From a virus (Duplodnaviria > Caudoviricetes): a stretch of 38,931 nt of DNA. This document shows positions 9,174 through 18,712 of this stretch, piece by piece. Made by a program: the position numbers and the translations under genes. The notes under the pieces are model-generated. The model was not told the origin of the DNA. It made no database searches and saw nothing but the letters and a program-made list of their open reading frames with translations. The stretch is taken from IMG/VR virus record IMGVR_UViG_3300037422_000656, positions 1-38,931 of that record. The stretch is one strand, 5' to 3'. The first letter of the stretch is position 1. Every line of letters begins with the position of its first letter.

Positions 9174-9487
9174 CCTGGATCCTTCGCATTGACGGCCGCA
9201 CGCACGGTGTCCAGGCGCAGCTTGCTGAGCTTGACGATTTGCAAGCCCACGAACCGTTTGCCTTCGGCGAACGCCGTGGCGTGTGACTCGCCGCGCCAGC
9301 TGAGCCCATACGCGTCAGCCGCGGTCTCCACGATCCAGCGCAATGCGTGCCGCTGCTGATCCGCATCGGCCACGCCGATCGCCAGCGCCTGGATCGCCGC
9401 GACGTCGGCGTCGTCGTACGGCGCCGGTCGCGCCGGATCGCGGTGGCCGACGGGTACGGGTGCGGTCGAAGGGGTGGAGTGAGTCAC
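9170..9487 (-). CDS. Small conserved podoviral protein (Bbp19-like)
   Basis: TAFAEGKRFVGLQI motif and position between portal and scaffold. Confidence 0.75.
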   Translation of the reverse strand: MTHSTPSTAPVPVGHRDPARPAPYDDADVAAIQALAIGVADADQQRHALRWIVETAADAYGLSWRGESHATAFAEGKRFVGLQIVKLSKLRLDTVRAAVNAKDPG

Positions 9488-9531
9488 TTCGTCCTCATCT
9501 TCGGACAGAGTGGTGGTTGCTGAGCTGCGTT

Positions 9532-9743
9532 GTCGTCCTGAGCGCAGCGAAGGACTCCGCGGTCATTGGTCCGGTCACTGTCGCCTGACATGACGGGTCG
9601 GACCGCGTCGCTCCAGCGACGCAGCGGCGCGAAGCGCCGACTCATGACCATGAGCGCCGCTGGAGCGGCGCGGTTCCAGCCGTTGTCGGTGCCGTCAGTC
9701 ACTGCCTCACCACCGCAGGGTCCTTCGCTGCGCTCAGGACGAC
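9532..9743. repeat. MITE/REP-like element with 24-bp terminal inverted repeats
   Basis: GTCGTCCTGAGCGCAGCGAAGGAC (9532-9555) and its exact reverse complement (9720-9743), between the portal stop and the next gene. Confidence 0.85.
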
Positions 9744-9751
9744 GAAAGCCC

Positions 9752-11410
9752 TCACCCCGCCGACCCCAGCCCATCGCGCAGGCGGGCGGCGGCGTCGCCG
9801 ACCTTGCCGGCGACGTCGGCGCCGGCGCCAATCACGGCGGCGGTCTGCGCCAGCTGTTGTTGTTTCTGCCGCGCCGCGCGCAGGCCGGCGACGGCGCGCG
9901 CATCGCGCAACCATTCCGGCGCCGCGCCGACGCCGCGCAAGGCGTCGCGATAGGCGGCCTCGGCGTCGAAGTTGTCGGCCAGCGCCGGGTCGAGCTGGGC
10001 GCCGAGCCCGGTCAGCTGCGCCGCCTCCTGGAAGCGCGCGATATCGGCGCGGCCACGCGCCTGGCGCAGCGGCGATTCGAAGCTGAACTCGACGGCGCGC
10101 CGCGCCAGCACCTCGGGCATCGAGGCCATGTCGAAGGCGCCGTTGGCCATCAGGGTCTCGAACGTCGCCTCGCACAGGCGGGCGTTGTATTCGGCCTCGA
10201 TCGGCTCGAACAAGGTGACGGCGGCGCGATACGCCTCCTCCGTCCGCTTGGAGACCTCGAACGCCGTCATCTTCTCGCCGGGGTCGAAGGCCGGCAGGAA
10301 GATCTTGTTGAGGTACCAGGCCGAGGCCAGCAGCTCCTCGACCTTGCGCGCCAGCTCGATCCCGGTGCCGACGCCGCCGCGATCAGCGCCCAACGGCATC
10401 AACAGGTCGCTCAGCCGCTGATCGGCCTCGATGTCGGCCCAGGTGAGACCGCCGGCGAACAGGTTGATGTCGCTGCGGAACAACTCGTGCTTGGCGATCA
10501 GCGGCGGATCGACCGCCTTCTGGCCGCTTTCCAGGATCACCAGCATCTGCGCCTGCAGCAGCCGCGCGTCGGGCAGGCTGACGATGGCGGCCGGACTGAA
10601 GGCGTAGGGCGAGCCGCTGACCGTCTCCCAGCGCGGGATCACCCAGGGAAAGGCCGCCAGCGGCGTCTCCTCGATGATGTGCTGATGCTGCGTGTCGATG
10701 TACAGGCAGACATAGGGGAATCGCGCCGCGTTGCGCGGTTTCTTGCGCCAGTCCCAATCCTCGGCCGGCATGACGACGTGCCGGCAGTGCACCTCGTGAT
10801 GCGGCTCGTCGGCGAGCCGCGCCCGCAGCTCGGGCGCCAGCCGCTCGCGGCCGAACTCCTTGACCAGGTTGCGCGCGGTGGGCCGCCAGTCGCGGTGCAC
10901 CGTGTCGATCTCGCCCTCGGGACCTTCGCGCCAGACCACGTCGCGCAGGTGCCAGTTGCGGTACAGCAGCGCCTGGGCGCGGTGGTTCATCTCGACGGTG
11001 ATGGCGCATTGGCCGAAGCCGGCGAAGTCCTTGTCGCCCTCCTTCGTGGCGCGGGTGAACTTGGCGACCGGGTCGTACATGGCGCGCAGCTGCACGCCGG
11101 TGGCGTAGGCGCACCAGCCCTGGGCCGCGCCGTCATCCTTCAGGCGGTCGTCCTTGACGCCGACCTTGAACCACTCGGCGCCAACCGGCCGCGTGTTGCT
11201 GATCGCCGCCGCGAGGTCGCGGTGGCACATCACGGGATAGGACGTCATCAGGTGCGACGCGAACTCGGCGCCGGCCGTGCGGGCGGCGATGAAGTCGGCA
11301 CGCTGCGGGTAGAACTGGCTGGCCAGCTCCTGCCACAGGGAAAGCAACGGCTGGCGCTGTTCGAACAGCGCGTCGCCCTGGCGGATGATCTCGCTGACGC
11401 GGGCGTCCAT
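9752..11410 (-). CDS. Portal protein (head-tail connector, T7 gp8-like)
   Basis: WQELASQFYPQR, WFKV, FPWVIPRWE..SGSPYAFSP, KAVDPPL and MTAFEV motifs. Start MDARV after a GAGGG RBS. Confidence 0.92.
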   Translation of the reverse strand: MDARVSEIIRQGDALFEQRQPLLSLWQELASQFYPQRADFIAARTAGAEFASHLMTSYPVMCHRDLAAAISNTRPVGAEWFKVGVKDDRLKDDGAAQGWCAYATGVQLRAMYDPVAKFTRATKEGDKDFAGFGQCAITVEMNHRAQALLYRNWHLRDVVWREGPEGEIDTVHRDWRPTARNLVKEFGRERLAPELRARLADEPHHEVHCRHVVMPAEDWDWRKKPRNAARFPYVCLYIDTQHQHIIEETPLAAFPWVIPRWETVSGSPYAFSPAAIVSLPDARLLQAQMLVILESGQKAVDPPLIAKHELFRSDINLFAGGLTWADIEADQRLSDLLMPLGADRGGVGTGIELARKVEELLASAWYLNKIFLPAFDPGEKMTAFEVSKRTEEAYRAAVTLFEPIEAEYNARLCEATFETLMANGAFDMASMPEVLARRAVEFSFESPLRQARGRADIARFQEAAQLTGLGAQLDPALADNFDAEAAYRDALRGVGAAPEWLRDARAVAGLRAARQKQQQLAQTAAVIGAGADVAGKVGDAAARLRDGLGSAG

Positions 11411-11420
11411 GGCCATGCCC

Positions 11421-11621
11421 TCAGCCGCCGAGATCGCCGCCACTATAGTCGCCGCCGCCGCCGAGCGCGTCGGTCAGCAGGGTCGACGCCCGGCCGCCGC
11501 GCTGCGCGATCTTGGCGCGGCGCCGGCGCTCGGCCTCCTTGGCGAGCGGCGAGTCCTTGTCGGGATCCGGCGCCGGCGGCGGCGGCGCCGGCGGTTTCGG
11601 GGTGCTGAAGAGTGCGCCCAT
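11421..11621 (-). CDS. Small Pro-rich pre-portal virion protein
   Basis: MGALFSTPKPPAPPPP..GRASTLLT with AGGAG RBS. Typical of the small gene preceding podoviral portals. Confidence 0.75.
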   Translation of the reverse strand: MGALFSTPKPPAPPPPAPDPDKDSPLAKEAERRRRAKIAQRGGRASTLLTDALGGGGDYSGGDLGG

Positions 11622-11623
11622 GG

Positions 11624-13171
11624 TCATCTCCTGTTGACACGCTTGGCGACGCCGTGGCCGAGGTTCACAATCGGTCCGCGTCCGCTGCCATGTATCTTGT
11701 TGGCAATTAGCCGCTCGGCGGCACGCTGGCCGTCGTGCCAGCACATCACCACGGCATCGCCGCGGTCGGGCGAGCGGCCCAGCCGGGCGCGGATCGCGTC
11801 CTTGCTCTCGATCTGAATGCCGCGCGCAGCCATCTCCCAGCGCGGTGCCGCCAGATCAGCGGCCAGGCGCGGATCGTCGGGCAGCGCGATCGGGCTGCCC
11901 TCGCGCTGGTGCGGATTGAGCGCCTCGCGCAGGCGCCACCAACCCTCGGCGCGGGCGTTGACGAAGCCGAGCGCGCCGTCACCCGTGCGGCGGTGCGACT
12001 CGGCGGCGCCGAGATGGCCCGTGACGTCGATGCCGTTCTGCTTCAGATGATCCAGCGGCGAGCCACCCCAGCCGCCGCCCATGTCAATGATCACCGGCGC
12101 GCCGTCGCGCAGCGCGCCGAACACCAGCGCCGCCACCGCGGGCCCGTCCTTGGTGTCGACACCGGCCTTCGCGAGCAGCGGCGCGAACCAGCCGCCGTAA
12201 CGCATGGCCAGCACCGTCTCGTCCTTCCCCCCGCGCGCCACGTCGACCGCCATCGCCGTCATCGGCACGCCGCGCGGCGGTCCGGGCTGCCAGCGCAGCT
12301 GCGCCGCGCGGATCCAATCCCAGGGAATGACCTGCTGCGCGTCATCGGCGCGCGCCGCCATGAAATTGCCGTCGCGCACGGCCGAGCGGACCGGCTCGGG
12401 CAGCGCATCGAGCTCGCGCTGGTAGCCGGTCTTGACCAGGTACGGGTTGTCGCTCAGCCGCGCCGGGATGAAAGTCCGCGACTTTGGGTATAGAAGCGTG
12501 CCGTCGATCTCGACCGGCTGCTGGCCGGCGACCTCCTCGTCCTTGCCGTCGGGGTCGGTGATGAACCAGCGCAGCTCGCCCGGCTTGGCCGGATGGGGAT
12601 GCGTGACGTCGAGCCACGGACGGAACATCCCGATCATCCAGTCGCCGTCGGCCGACAGGGGCGGATTGGAGGCCAGCACGGTCCGGGTGCGCTGGCCGGG
12701 CTCGGTCGTGCGCACCCAGCCCATCAGAAACCGAACTTGCGCCTCAAGGAACTGCGCCGCCTCGTCGAGCGCCAGCAGATCGTGCGGCTGACCCTGCCAG
12801 CTTTGCTCGTCGCCCAGGTACTGCGCCGAGCCGAACTCGATCAGCCGACCCTGCTTGGTGCGCAGGCAGGCGATCGGCTGCTGGCTGAACCCCGGTCGTC
12901 CGTGAATCTGGATGATCCGATCGGTCAGCGCCCGCAGCTCCTTGCGCATGCGCCGCATGATGAGCGAGCGCCGATGGTCGAGCAGCGCCAGGCCGAGCAG
13001 CAGATCGCTCTTGCCGCCGCCGCCCTGCCCGCCATAAAGCAGCACGTCGGCCAAGCTCGCACGGGCCACTGTTTGCGGCCCGGGATTGGGCGTCCAGAGC
13101 GGCGTCGACGGAGCCGTCGTGTCTTGCTGACGATGGCGCGCCCTGTTTTCGTTGCTTTGCGGCGCGGCCAT
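11624..13171 (-). CDS. terL: Terminase large subunit, copy 1
   Basis: Walker A GGQGGGGKS, Walker B LLALDEA, LASNP, nuclease motifs AVDVARGGKD and SPDRGDA. Start uncertain (13171 or 13252). Confidence 0.92.
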   Translation of the reverse strand: MAAPQSNENRARHRQQDTTAPSTPLWTPNPGPQTVARASLADVLLYGGQGGGGKSDLLLGLALLDHRRSLIMRRMRKELRALTDRIIQIHGRPGFSQQPIACLRTKQGRLIEFGSAQYLGDEQSWQGQPHDLLALDEAAQFLEAQVRFLMGWVRTTEPGQRTRTVLASNPPLSADGDWMIGMFRPWLDVTHPHPAKPGELRWFITDPDGKDEEVAGQQPVEIDGTLLYPKSRTFIPARLSDNPYLVKTGYQRELDALPEPVRSAVRDGNFMAARADDAQQVIPWDWIRAAQLRWQPGPPRGVPMTAMAVDVARGGKDETVLAMRYGGWFAPLLAKAGVDTKDGPAVAALVFGALRDGAPVIIDMGGGWGGSPLDHLKQNGIDVTGHLGAAESHRRTGDGALGFVNARAEGWWRLREALNPHQREGSPIALPDDPRLAADLAAPRWEMAARGIQIESKDAIRARLGRSPDRGDAVVMCWHDGQRAAERLIANKIHGSGRGPIVNLGHGVAKRVNRR

Positions 13172-13184
13172 CGCACGCGACAGA

Positions 13185-14051
13185 CTATCGGCGGCGTCGG
13201 ACGCGCTGGTACCACTCGGCGGCGACGCCCAGTTCGGGTGGGGCGTCTTCATTCAGGCACGCAGCCAAGCCGCCGGTCCAGTCATAGGGTGCCTCGTCGT
13301 CGTCAGCCGCCATGCGGTCATCGTCGTTGGCCGCCGTAGCGGGGGGCTGGTCGGCCGCGACGATGACGTCGCCGACGGCGATCGACACGATGAACTCGAA
13401 CGGCGTGCCGTCCTCGGCGTCCTCGAAGATGCTGCTGTCCGGCAGCGCCGCCGTTGGAACGTCGTGCTCCGCCGGCAACAGCGTTGCGGCGTACCAGTCG
13501 ACCGGGGCCGGGTCTTCGTCGCTGTCGTCGACACCACCGCCCGCCACGCCCGGCAGCTGATCGGCGATGGCGATGTCGGCGATAGGCGTTGCCGCGGTGA
13601 AGTCGAACGGCGCCGGATCGCCGTCGTCCGCTTCCGCCTCGGCGTCGATGGCGCGCGGTGGCTGATCGGCGACGACGGCCGTGTCCTGGACCGCAAGGCC
13701 GGCGGCGACGTCATGGGGCGCCGGATCATCGGCGTCCGTCGTCTCGATCGCCGGGACGTCGGCTTCGGCCGCCGCGGGAATAAGCGCACCCGGATCATAC
13801 CGCTGGTCCTGCAACAGCAGCTTGTAGCCGCTCTGCCGCAGGAACAGGTCGCCGGACTGCAGCAGCAGTCGGCTTGGCTGCGGTGTCTCCAGCGCTTGCG
13901 GGCTGTTGTTGTCCTGGCGCCGCTCGTCGCTGGCGGTGCCCCAGCGCGTCGAGAACGGCAGGAAGTCGCTGACGGTGCGGACGACGCCGCGCGCCCAACT
14001 GGCCTGTGGCGCCTTGAACAGCCGTCCGCCACCACCCTTGAAAAACCACAT
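13185..14051 (-). CDS. Acidic repeat-containing hypothetical protein
   Basis: 288-aa ORF. The D/A/P-rich C-terminal two-thirds contains repeated DDxPAPxD(W/F) and ADQPP units. Confidence 0.6.
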   Translation of the reverse strand: MWFFKGGGGRLFKAPQASWARGVVRTVSDFLPFSTRWGTASDERRQDNNSPQALETPQPSRLLLQSGDLFLRQSGYKLLLQDQRYDPGALIPAAAEADVPAIETTDADDPAPHDVAAGLAVQDTAVVADQPPRAIDAEAEADDGDPAPFDFTAATPIADIAIADQLPGVAGGGVDDSDEDPAPVDWYAATLLPAEHDVPTAALPDSSIFEDAEDGTPFEFIVSIAVGDVIVAADQPPATAANDDDRMAADDDEAPYDWTGGLAACLNEDAPPELGVAAEWYQRVRRRR

Positions 14052-14076
14052 GGCCCGCCCCTATCCGGCGGGCCGC

Positions 14077-15207
14077 CTAGCCCGCGACGATGGTGGCGGT
14101 GCCGGTGTACGTCGTCGCGCCGGTCGCCGACTTGGTGACTTCGAGGAACGCCATGCAGGCGCTGTCGAAGATGCGCACCAGGTTGAAGGCGCTGTTGATG
14201 CCGTCGGTCCAGTAGCCGACGTTGGCCACCGGGCAGGGCATGAAGGCCAGCGGGTGGCCGATGGTGAAGTCGATGGCGCCCGTTGCGACCGCCGCGGAGC
14301 ACTGCATCTGGTCGAGTTCCTTGATGCCGCTGTCGCCGGTCGCCAGCGGGCAGAACCATTGGCCGGTCGGCTGGTCGAGCCGGTTGACGATGTTGGCCGA
14401 GTTGCCGGTCACCGACGGCAGGGTCACCGAGCCGGTGCCACCCTGGTCTGTATAGAGGCAGGTCGTCCAGTTGTGCGCCGTCGCCGCCAGGACGGTGCGG
14501 CACTCGATGATCAGGAAATTGCCTTCGGCGCTGTTCTCGGCGCCGGCGGTCGTGCTTTGGTAGCGCGTCGGCACGCCGGTCACCGCCTCGGTGGCGGTGC
14601 TGTTCATCGTCTTGGTGACGGAGAACAGCCGGTCATAGAGCAGCAGCGTGTTGCCGGCCACCGAGGCCAGCGGCATGCCGCCGACGAAGTGCGTCGTGTC
14701 GCCGCTCGTCGTCGGGTTGTTGAAAGGCAGCGCGCCGGTGGTGGCCGAGGTCGGCACCGTGCCGCCGGGTGCCGCCGCGGCAGCCGCGCCCGCCGCCGGC
14801 TGGTTGCCGACGAACCACAGGGTGTTGGTCGCCGCCACAACGCCGGTGGTGCCGACCTTCTGGTAGGCGATCTCCTGGCGCTTGCCGTTGGTCGCCTCGT
14901 AGATCAGGTCGGACAGCGAGGCGAAGCCGGTGCCGAACACGGCGCGGCGGCGCTGCAACTCGGCCAGCCGGCCGATGCGACGGTTGAGCCGATACATGCC
15001 GTCGACAGCGCGCTCCAGCAGCGAGCCCTCAGCGCCGGCCTCGATACGGCCGCGGAAGTCGCCGCCCTTGCAAGCGAACACCTCGCCCGGCACGCGGCCG
15101 ACGGCGATCGGCGGGCCGTACCAGTCGCGCATCGAGGCGCTGATGGCCTCGATCTCGTCGGCGCCGAGATAGCGCTCCAGGCGCTGGGAGTGGGTGGCGA
15201 GCCTCAT
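14077..15207 (-). CDS. Putative virion structural/fibre protein
   Basis: Start trimmed to MRLATHSQ (ATG 15207, overlapping the upstream stop). T/G/A-rich beta-strand C-terminal region. Confidence 0.7.
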   Translation of the reverse strand: MRLATHSQRLERYLGADEIEAISASMRDWYGPPIAVGRVPGEVFACKGGDFRGRIEAGAEGSLLERAVDGMYRLNRRIGRLAELQRRRAVFGTGFASLSDLIYEATNGKRQEIAYQKVGTTGVVAATNTLWFVGNQPAAGAAAAAAPGGTVPTSATTGALPFNNPTTSGDTTHFVGGMPLASVAGNTLLLYDRLFSVTKTMNSTATEAVTGVPTRYQSTTAGAENSAEGNFLIIECRTVLAATAHNWTTCLYTDQGGTGSVTLPSVTGNSANIVNRLDQPTGQWFCPLATGDSGIKELDQMQCSAAVATGAIDFTIGHPLAFMPCPVANVGYWTDGINSAFNLVRIFDSACMAFLEVTKSATGATTYTGTATIVAG

Positions 15208-15386
15208 GGTGCCTGCTCCAACGCCGTGACGCGCTGGCGCAGTTCGATCACTTCCTCGACCAACAGCAGCAGGATCGTCGGGTAGTGCAGGTCGAAGCCG
15301 TCGGCCGGCGGCGTGTCGGCCGTGACCAGCGCGCGCATTCGGTTGACGTACTTCTGGGCGTCCTGGCGATCGAAAGTCCGGGCCAT
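15204..15386 (-). CDS. Small protein resembling the C-terminal coil of tail-fibre intramolecular chaperones
   Basis: LHYPTILLLLVEEVIELRQRVTALE. Coupled between neighbouring genes, GAGG RBS. Confidence 0.6.
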   Translation of the reverse strand: MARTFDRQDAQKYVNRMRALVTADTPPADGFDLHYPTILLLLVEEVIELRQRVTALEQAP

Positions 15387-15389
15387 GCA

Positions 15390-16190
15390 TCACCTCGCGT
15401 TGGTCAAGGCGTGAACCCAGCCGCCGGCGTCGATCAGCAGCCGGCGGTTGGCGGTGCCGAGGCTCTTCAGCACCAGGCCCATCTGGAAGTACATCTGCGT
15501 CGCGGTGATGTTGGTCACTACCGCCGCGCTGGTCGTGCCGTTGACCGTGGCCGTCACCGAGTCGCCCGCCGCGTTGATGTCGATCTCGATACGGTACCAG
15601 GTGTCGGTCGCCACCGTGACGCCGATGTCGGCGACGCTCTCGCTGCCGCCCGAGCGGCATACCAACTGCCACTTGCCGCTGTTCACGTCGTCGCGGTAGC
15701 GCACCATGATGCAGTTGGTGGGCGCGTGCGCCGCCAGCGTGTCGGTCAGGCCGCAAGCCAAGGTGTAGCGGTCGGTGCCGTTCGACAGCGTGCCGTCGGT
15801 CTTGAGGATGGCGATCAGCTTGATGCGCCCGCCGCCGACCTTGAAGCCGTAGGCCGAGGCGCTGGTCCACAATCCGTAGCCAGTCGACGTCGTGCCGCAC
15901 TCGACCCGCTGCACACCAGGGTGTGACTTGGCGTCGGCATTGTCGGCGCCGTTCGACGAGCCGGCGCCGCTGACGTTGACGAACACCTCGCTGGGCTGAC
16001 TGTTGTGGAAGTCCGACCACCACCACGCATTGCGTCGCAGCATCATGAGGTGGACGTCGAACAGCGCCGCCTTCTGGTCGCGGTCGTTGACGTTGGCCTC
16101 CGACGGGCGGCCGTACAGCAGCAGATCGTCGAAGCCATTCGAGTCCGCCGGGTCGAACGCCGGCAGGCCGGGCAACCAGGTGTCGGCCAT
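15390..16190 (-). CDS. Putative lectin-like (ConA/LamG-type) fibre or receptor-binding protein
   Basis: Beta-rich C-terminus with DTWYRIEIDINAAGDSVTATVNG, a ConA-like strand pattern. Confidence 0.65.
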   Translation of the reverse strand: MADTWLPGLPAFDPADSNGFDDLLLYGRPSEANVNDRDQKAALFDVHLMMLRRNAWWWSDFHNSQPSEVFVNVSGAGSSNGADNADAKSHPGVQRVECGTTSTGYGLWTSASAYGFKVGGGRIKLIAILKTDGTLSNGTDRYTLACGLTDTLAAHAPTNCIMVRYRDDVNSGKWQLVCRSGGSESVADIGVTVATDTWYRIEIDINAAGDSVTATVNGTTSAAVVTNITATQMYFQMGLVLKSLGTANRRLLIDAGGWVHALTNAR

Positions 16191-16209
16191 CGAACGCGAC
16201 CGCCGAAAC

Positions 16210-16647
16210 TCAGAGTTCGTCGACGATTACCGTAATCGACACGTTCGACGTGCCGACAGCGCTGCGGAACGACAGTTGTTCGCCGTTGCGGCATTCGAAC
16301 TGCTCGTCGGCGCGCGCCAGCCAGCGCACGACGCCGCCGTTGGCGTTGACCGGCAGGCGGACCAGCGGGTCGCCCGACAGGGTGGGCTGCGTCGCCCAAG
16401 TAGTGAAGTTGGTGAATCCCTGGGTCGGCGCGTCGGCCGCCTCCTTCACGGGGGTGAGCGCGCCGCCGCCGGTCGTGCCGCCAGTGCTGCGGTTGACCCG
16501 CAGCTCGTTGGCGGCGCTCGCCGTGCCCATGCCGCCGATCAGCACCTCGACCAGCCGGAAGCGGCGGTTCGCGGCCGAGATGATGGTCAGGGTGTCGTCG
16601 CTGGTGCTCAGTGCCACGTTGGAGCGGGAGAGGATGTATTTGGCCAT
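16210..16647 (-). CDS. Putative beta-sandwich virion protein
   Basis: 145 aa, T/S/G/V-rich, GGAG RBS. Confidence 0.65.
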   Translation of the reverse strand: MAKYILSRSNVALSTSDDTLTIISAANRRFRLVEVLIGGMGTASAANELRVNRSTGGTTGGGALTPVKEAADAPTQGFTNFTTWATQPTLSGDPLVRLPVNANGGVVRWLARADEQFECRNGEQLSFRSAVGTSNVSITVIVDEL

Positions 16648-16733
16648 GTGATGAGTCTCCGAAGCGGATAGAAGTCGGGGTGTCGCACGCCTGCCTGGCG
16701 CACTGGCGTCAGACGACGTGCCGTTCTGGTTGA

Positions 16734-17240
16734 CTAGGGTTCGGTGGCAGCGCGGATCGCGGCACGCAGCGCGTCGCGCCGCGCCGTCGCCGCGTCGATC
16801 TCGGCGCGAAGCGCCGCAAGCTGGCGTTCGGCGTCGGCAGCAGCGGCCTCGGCCTCCGCCTGGTAGGCCTTATGGATGCCCGCCGTGGTATTGGCAGCCG
16901 CGATGATCTCGTCCGCCTGGGCGCGCGCCGTGGCGATCAGCGTCGTCGCTTCCCGCCCGGCCTGCGCCCGTGTCGCGGCGATCTCTTCGGCCGCCGCCGT
17001 CCGGCGTGCCTCGATCTCGGCGGCAAGGGCGTCGCGCCTGGCGACGAGGTCGGAGTCGAACGCCGACACCCGGGCCTGCGCCTCGGTTTCCAGCCGCCGG
17101 GCGGTGGCGGCGCGCGACTCGATCTCGCGCAGCTCGTTGGCCAGCGCCGACTTGTCTTCCACCGCTTTGGCGATGGTCATCGCCGCCTCGTGCTGGCGGC
17201 CCCACGCCTGCACCAGCTGGCAGGCTTCGCTCAGGTCCAT
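16734..17240 (-). CDS. Coiled-coil protein
   Basis: A/E/R heptad-rich, GGAGG RBS, paralog at 1746..2012. Confidence 0.75.
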   Translation of the reverse strand: MDLSEACQLVQAWGRQHEAAMTIAKAVEDKSALANELREIESRAATARRLETEAQARVSAFDSDLVARRDALAAEIEARRTAAAEEIAATRAQAGREATTLIATARAQADEIIAAANTTAGIHKAYQAEAEAAAADAERQLAALRAEIDAATARRDALRAAIRAATEP

Positions 17241-17599
17241 CAGCGGCCTCCCGTGCGCATCATCAGCCAGGCTGACAGGCTGGTGGTGCCATCGCCGGCG
17301 GTGACCCGCGGCCGGATCTGGTACGGCAGGTCGCCGATCATCTTCAGTCCCGTCGCCGTGAAGGAGACGTTGGCGCCCAGCGGGTCCTTCAACGTCGCCC
17401 AGGTCGTGCCGCCATCGTTGCTGCCTTCCATCACGATGGTGCCGCCGGTGCCGAACGTGCCGGTCACCTGCACCGAGCGGTCGGCGAAGGGGCCGAACTT
17501 GATCGGCGCGCCGTCGTCGCCGTTCAGCAGGCCGGTCCAGGAAAAGCGCACGACGAAACGTTCGTTGTCGGCCAGCGAATTGGCGCTGCGGGTGGCCAT
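17240..17599 (-). CDS. Small beta-rich virion/decoration protein
   Basis: VQVTGTFGTGGTIVMEGSNDGGTTW motif common in small phage structural proteins. AAGGAG RBS. Confidence 0.75.
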   Translation of the reverse strand: MATRSANSLADNERFVVRFSWTGLLNGDDGAPIKFGPFADRSVQVTGTFGTGGTIVMEGSNDGGTTWATLKDPLGANVSFTATGLKMIGDLPYQIRPRVTAGDGTTSLSAWLMMRTGGR

Positions 17600-17611
17600 C
17601 GGGGGCGCTCC

Positions 17612-18058
17612 TTAGGCGTTGGCAAAGGCGGCCGACATCACCAGCCGGCCGGTGGGAAGAATCACGCCCAGCGCCACTTGCTCGGTGCCGGTGTCGGTCC
17701 AGGTGCCGTCCCAGTCGCCGTCGGCCTCGGTGGTGGCGTGGAACAGCTTCTTGGCGATGACCGCCAGCAGCGCGCCGTCGGTGCCGATGGCGATGCCGGT
17801 GCTGCCGCCGGTGGTGGCGTAGGCCGTCGCCGTCGTGTCGGTGAACACCGCCAGCCAGAAGGGTGTGACGACATCGACGTCACTGCCGTCGGCCTTCTTG
17901 AACTGCAGGGTGATGCTGCGCACGTTGGCGACTTCGGCGCCGATCGCGATCGACACGTCGGCCGCCGGGTGGGTGATCTCCTTGCCGTTGGCGATCAGAT
18001 TGCCCTTGCGCGACAGGCCGAGCAGGCGGCCATGCAGCGAGATCAGGGAATCGGGCAT
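17612..18058 (-). CDS. Putative decoration/structural protein, first gene of late operon A
   Basis: Start MPDSLI (ATG 18058) after an AGGAG RBS. Further copies at 25152..25590 and 22385..22481. Confidence 0.75.
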   Translation of the reverse strand: MPDSLISLHGRLLGLSRKGNLIANGKEITHPAADVSIAIGAEVANVRSITLQFKKADGSDVDVVTPFWLAVFTDTTATAYATTGGSTGIAIGTDGALLAVIAKKLFHATTEADGDWDGTWTDTGTEQVALGVILPTGRLVMSAAFANA

Positions 18059-18222
18059 CAGTCTCTCCTGTGCTGAGGTGCTTAGGGCTGTGGCGGGAAC
18101 GCGGGCGTTGGCGCCGACTACGGGTCGGCGCGACGCAGCGGGCGGCGACGGTCGCGCCGCAGCGCCGGTCATGACGCGACGTGGCGACGCGCGCATGGGC
18201 ATGCGGCCCGCCTCAACGCAAA

Positions 18223-18301
18223 CGCCCGGCGCGGAGGTTCCGGCCGGGCGCAGTTCGACGTTTATGAAAATCATCCTACGCAAGGTGCGCCACGAAGTCA
18301 A
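18223..18301 (-). promoter_or_regulatory. Late promoter A: sigma70 promoter plus downstream hairpin
   Basis: -35 TTGACT (18301-18296), 17-nt spacer, -10 TAGGAT (18278-18273), then hairpin CGCCCGGC..GCCGGGCG (18250-18223) followed by TTTGCGTT. Homologous to 26398..26476. Confidence 0.75.
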
Positions 18302-18712
18302 GAAGAAAAATGATATAGGAAAAAATATGTCTGATAGCACACTTCCTATATACATAATGTGTACTGAGTTCATAAATATATAGATTGAATATTATTAACT
18401 TTTGCAGATATGCTTTGAGAACCAGCGACGGGAATGTCGGGATCGCGCATCCTGGCGCCAGTCGGGCGTCGTGCGCGGCCTAGCCGCCCCACATCGGCGG
18501 CGGCAGCCACCGCTTCGCACAACCTCCAGCGCTCGGCCTGAGGGTCGAGCACCAAACGCAGGGTGTTCAGCCCGTTGACGGCCGCCCGTGGTCGCCGCCG
18601 GTGTCGCCCGCCAGCCGTGCCGACTGTCAGCCGGCCGATCGTTTCCGATCGCCCGATCAAGGTTCTATCATGGGTTGTGGTTCGACAGCGTCGGGTCGAC
18701 TAGGATACCTCC

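Noticed and set aside
9566-11608. Long antisense ORFs (also 20545..22167, 32854..34566, 34847..36532, 36613..37986)
   Set aside because: These are shadow ORFs expected opposite real genes in high-GC DNA and carry no recognisable motifs.
14077-16026. 649-aa ORF as one gene
   Set aside because: The 5' 273 codons are an R/G-rich off-frame shadow of 15390..16190 and 15204..15386. The plausible start is 15207.
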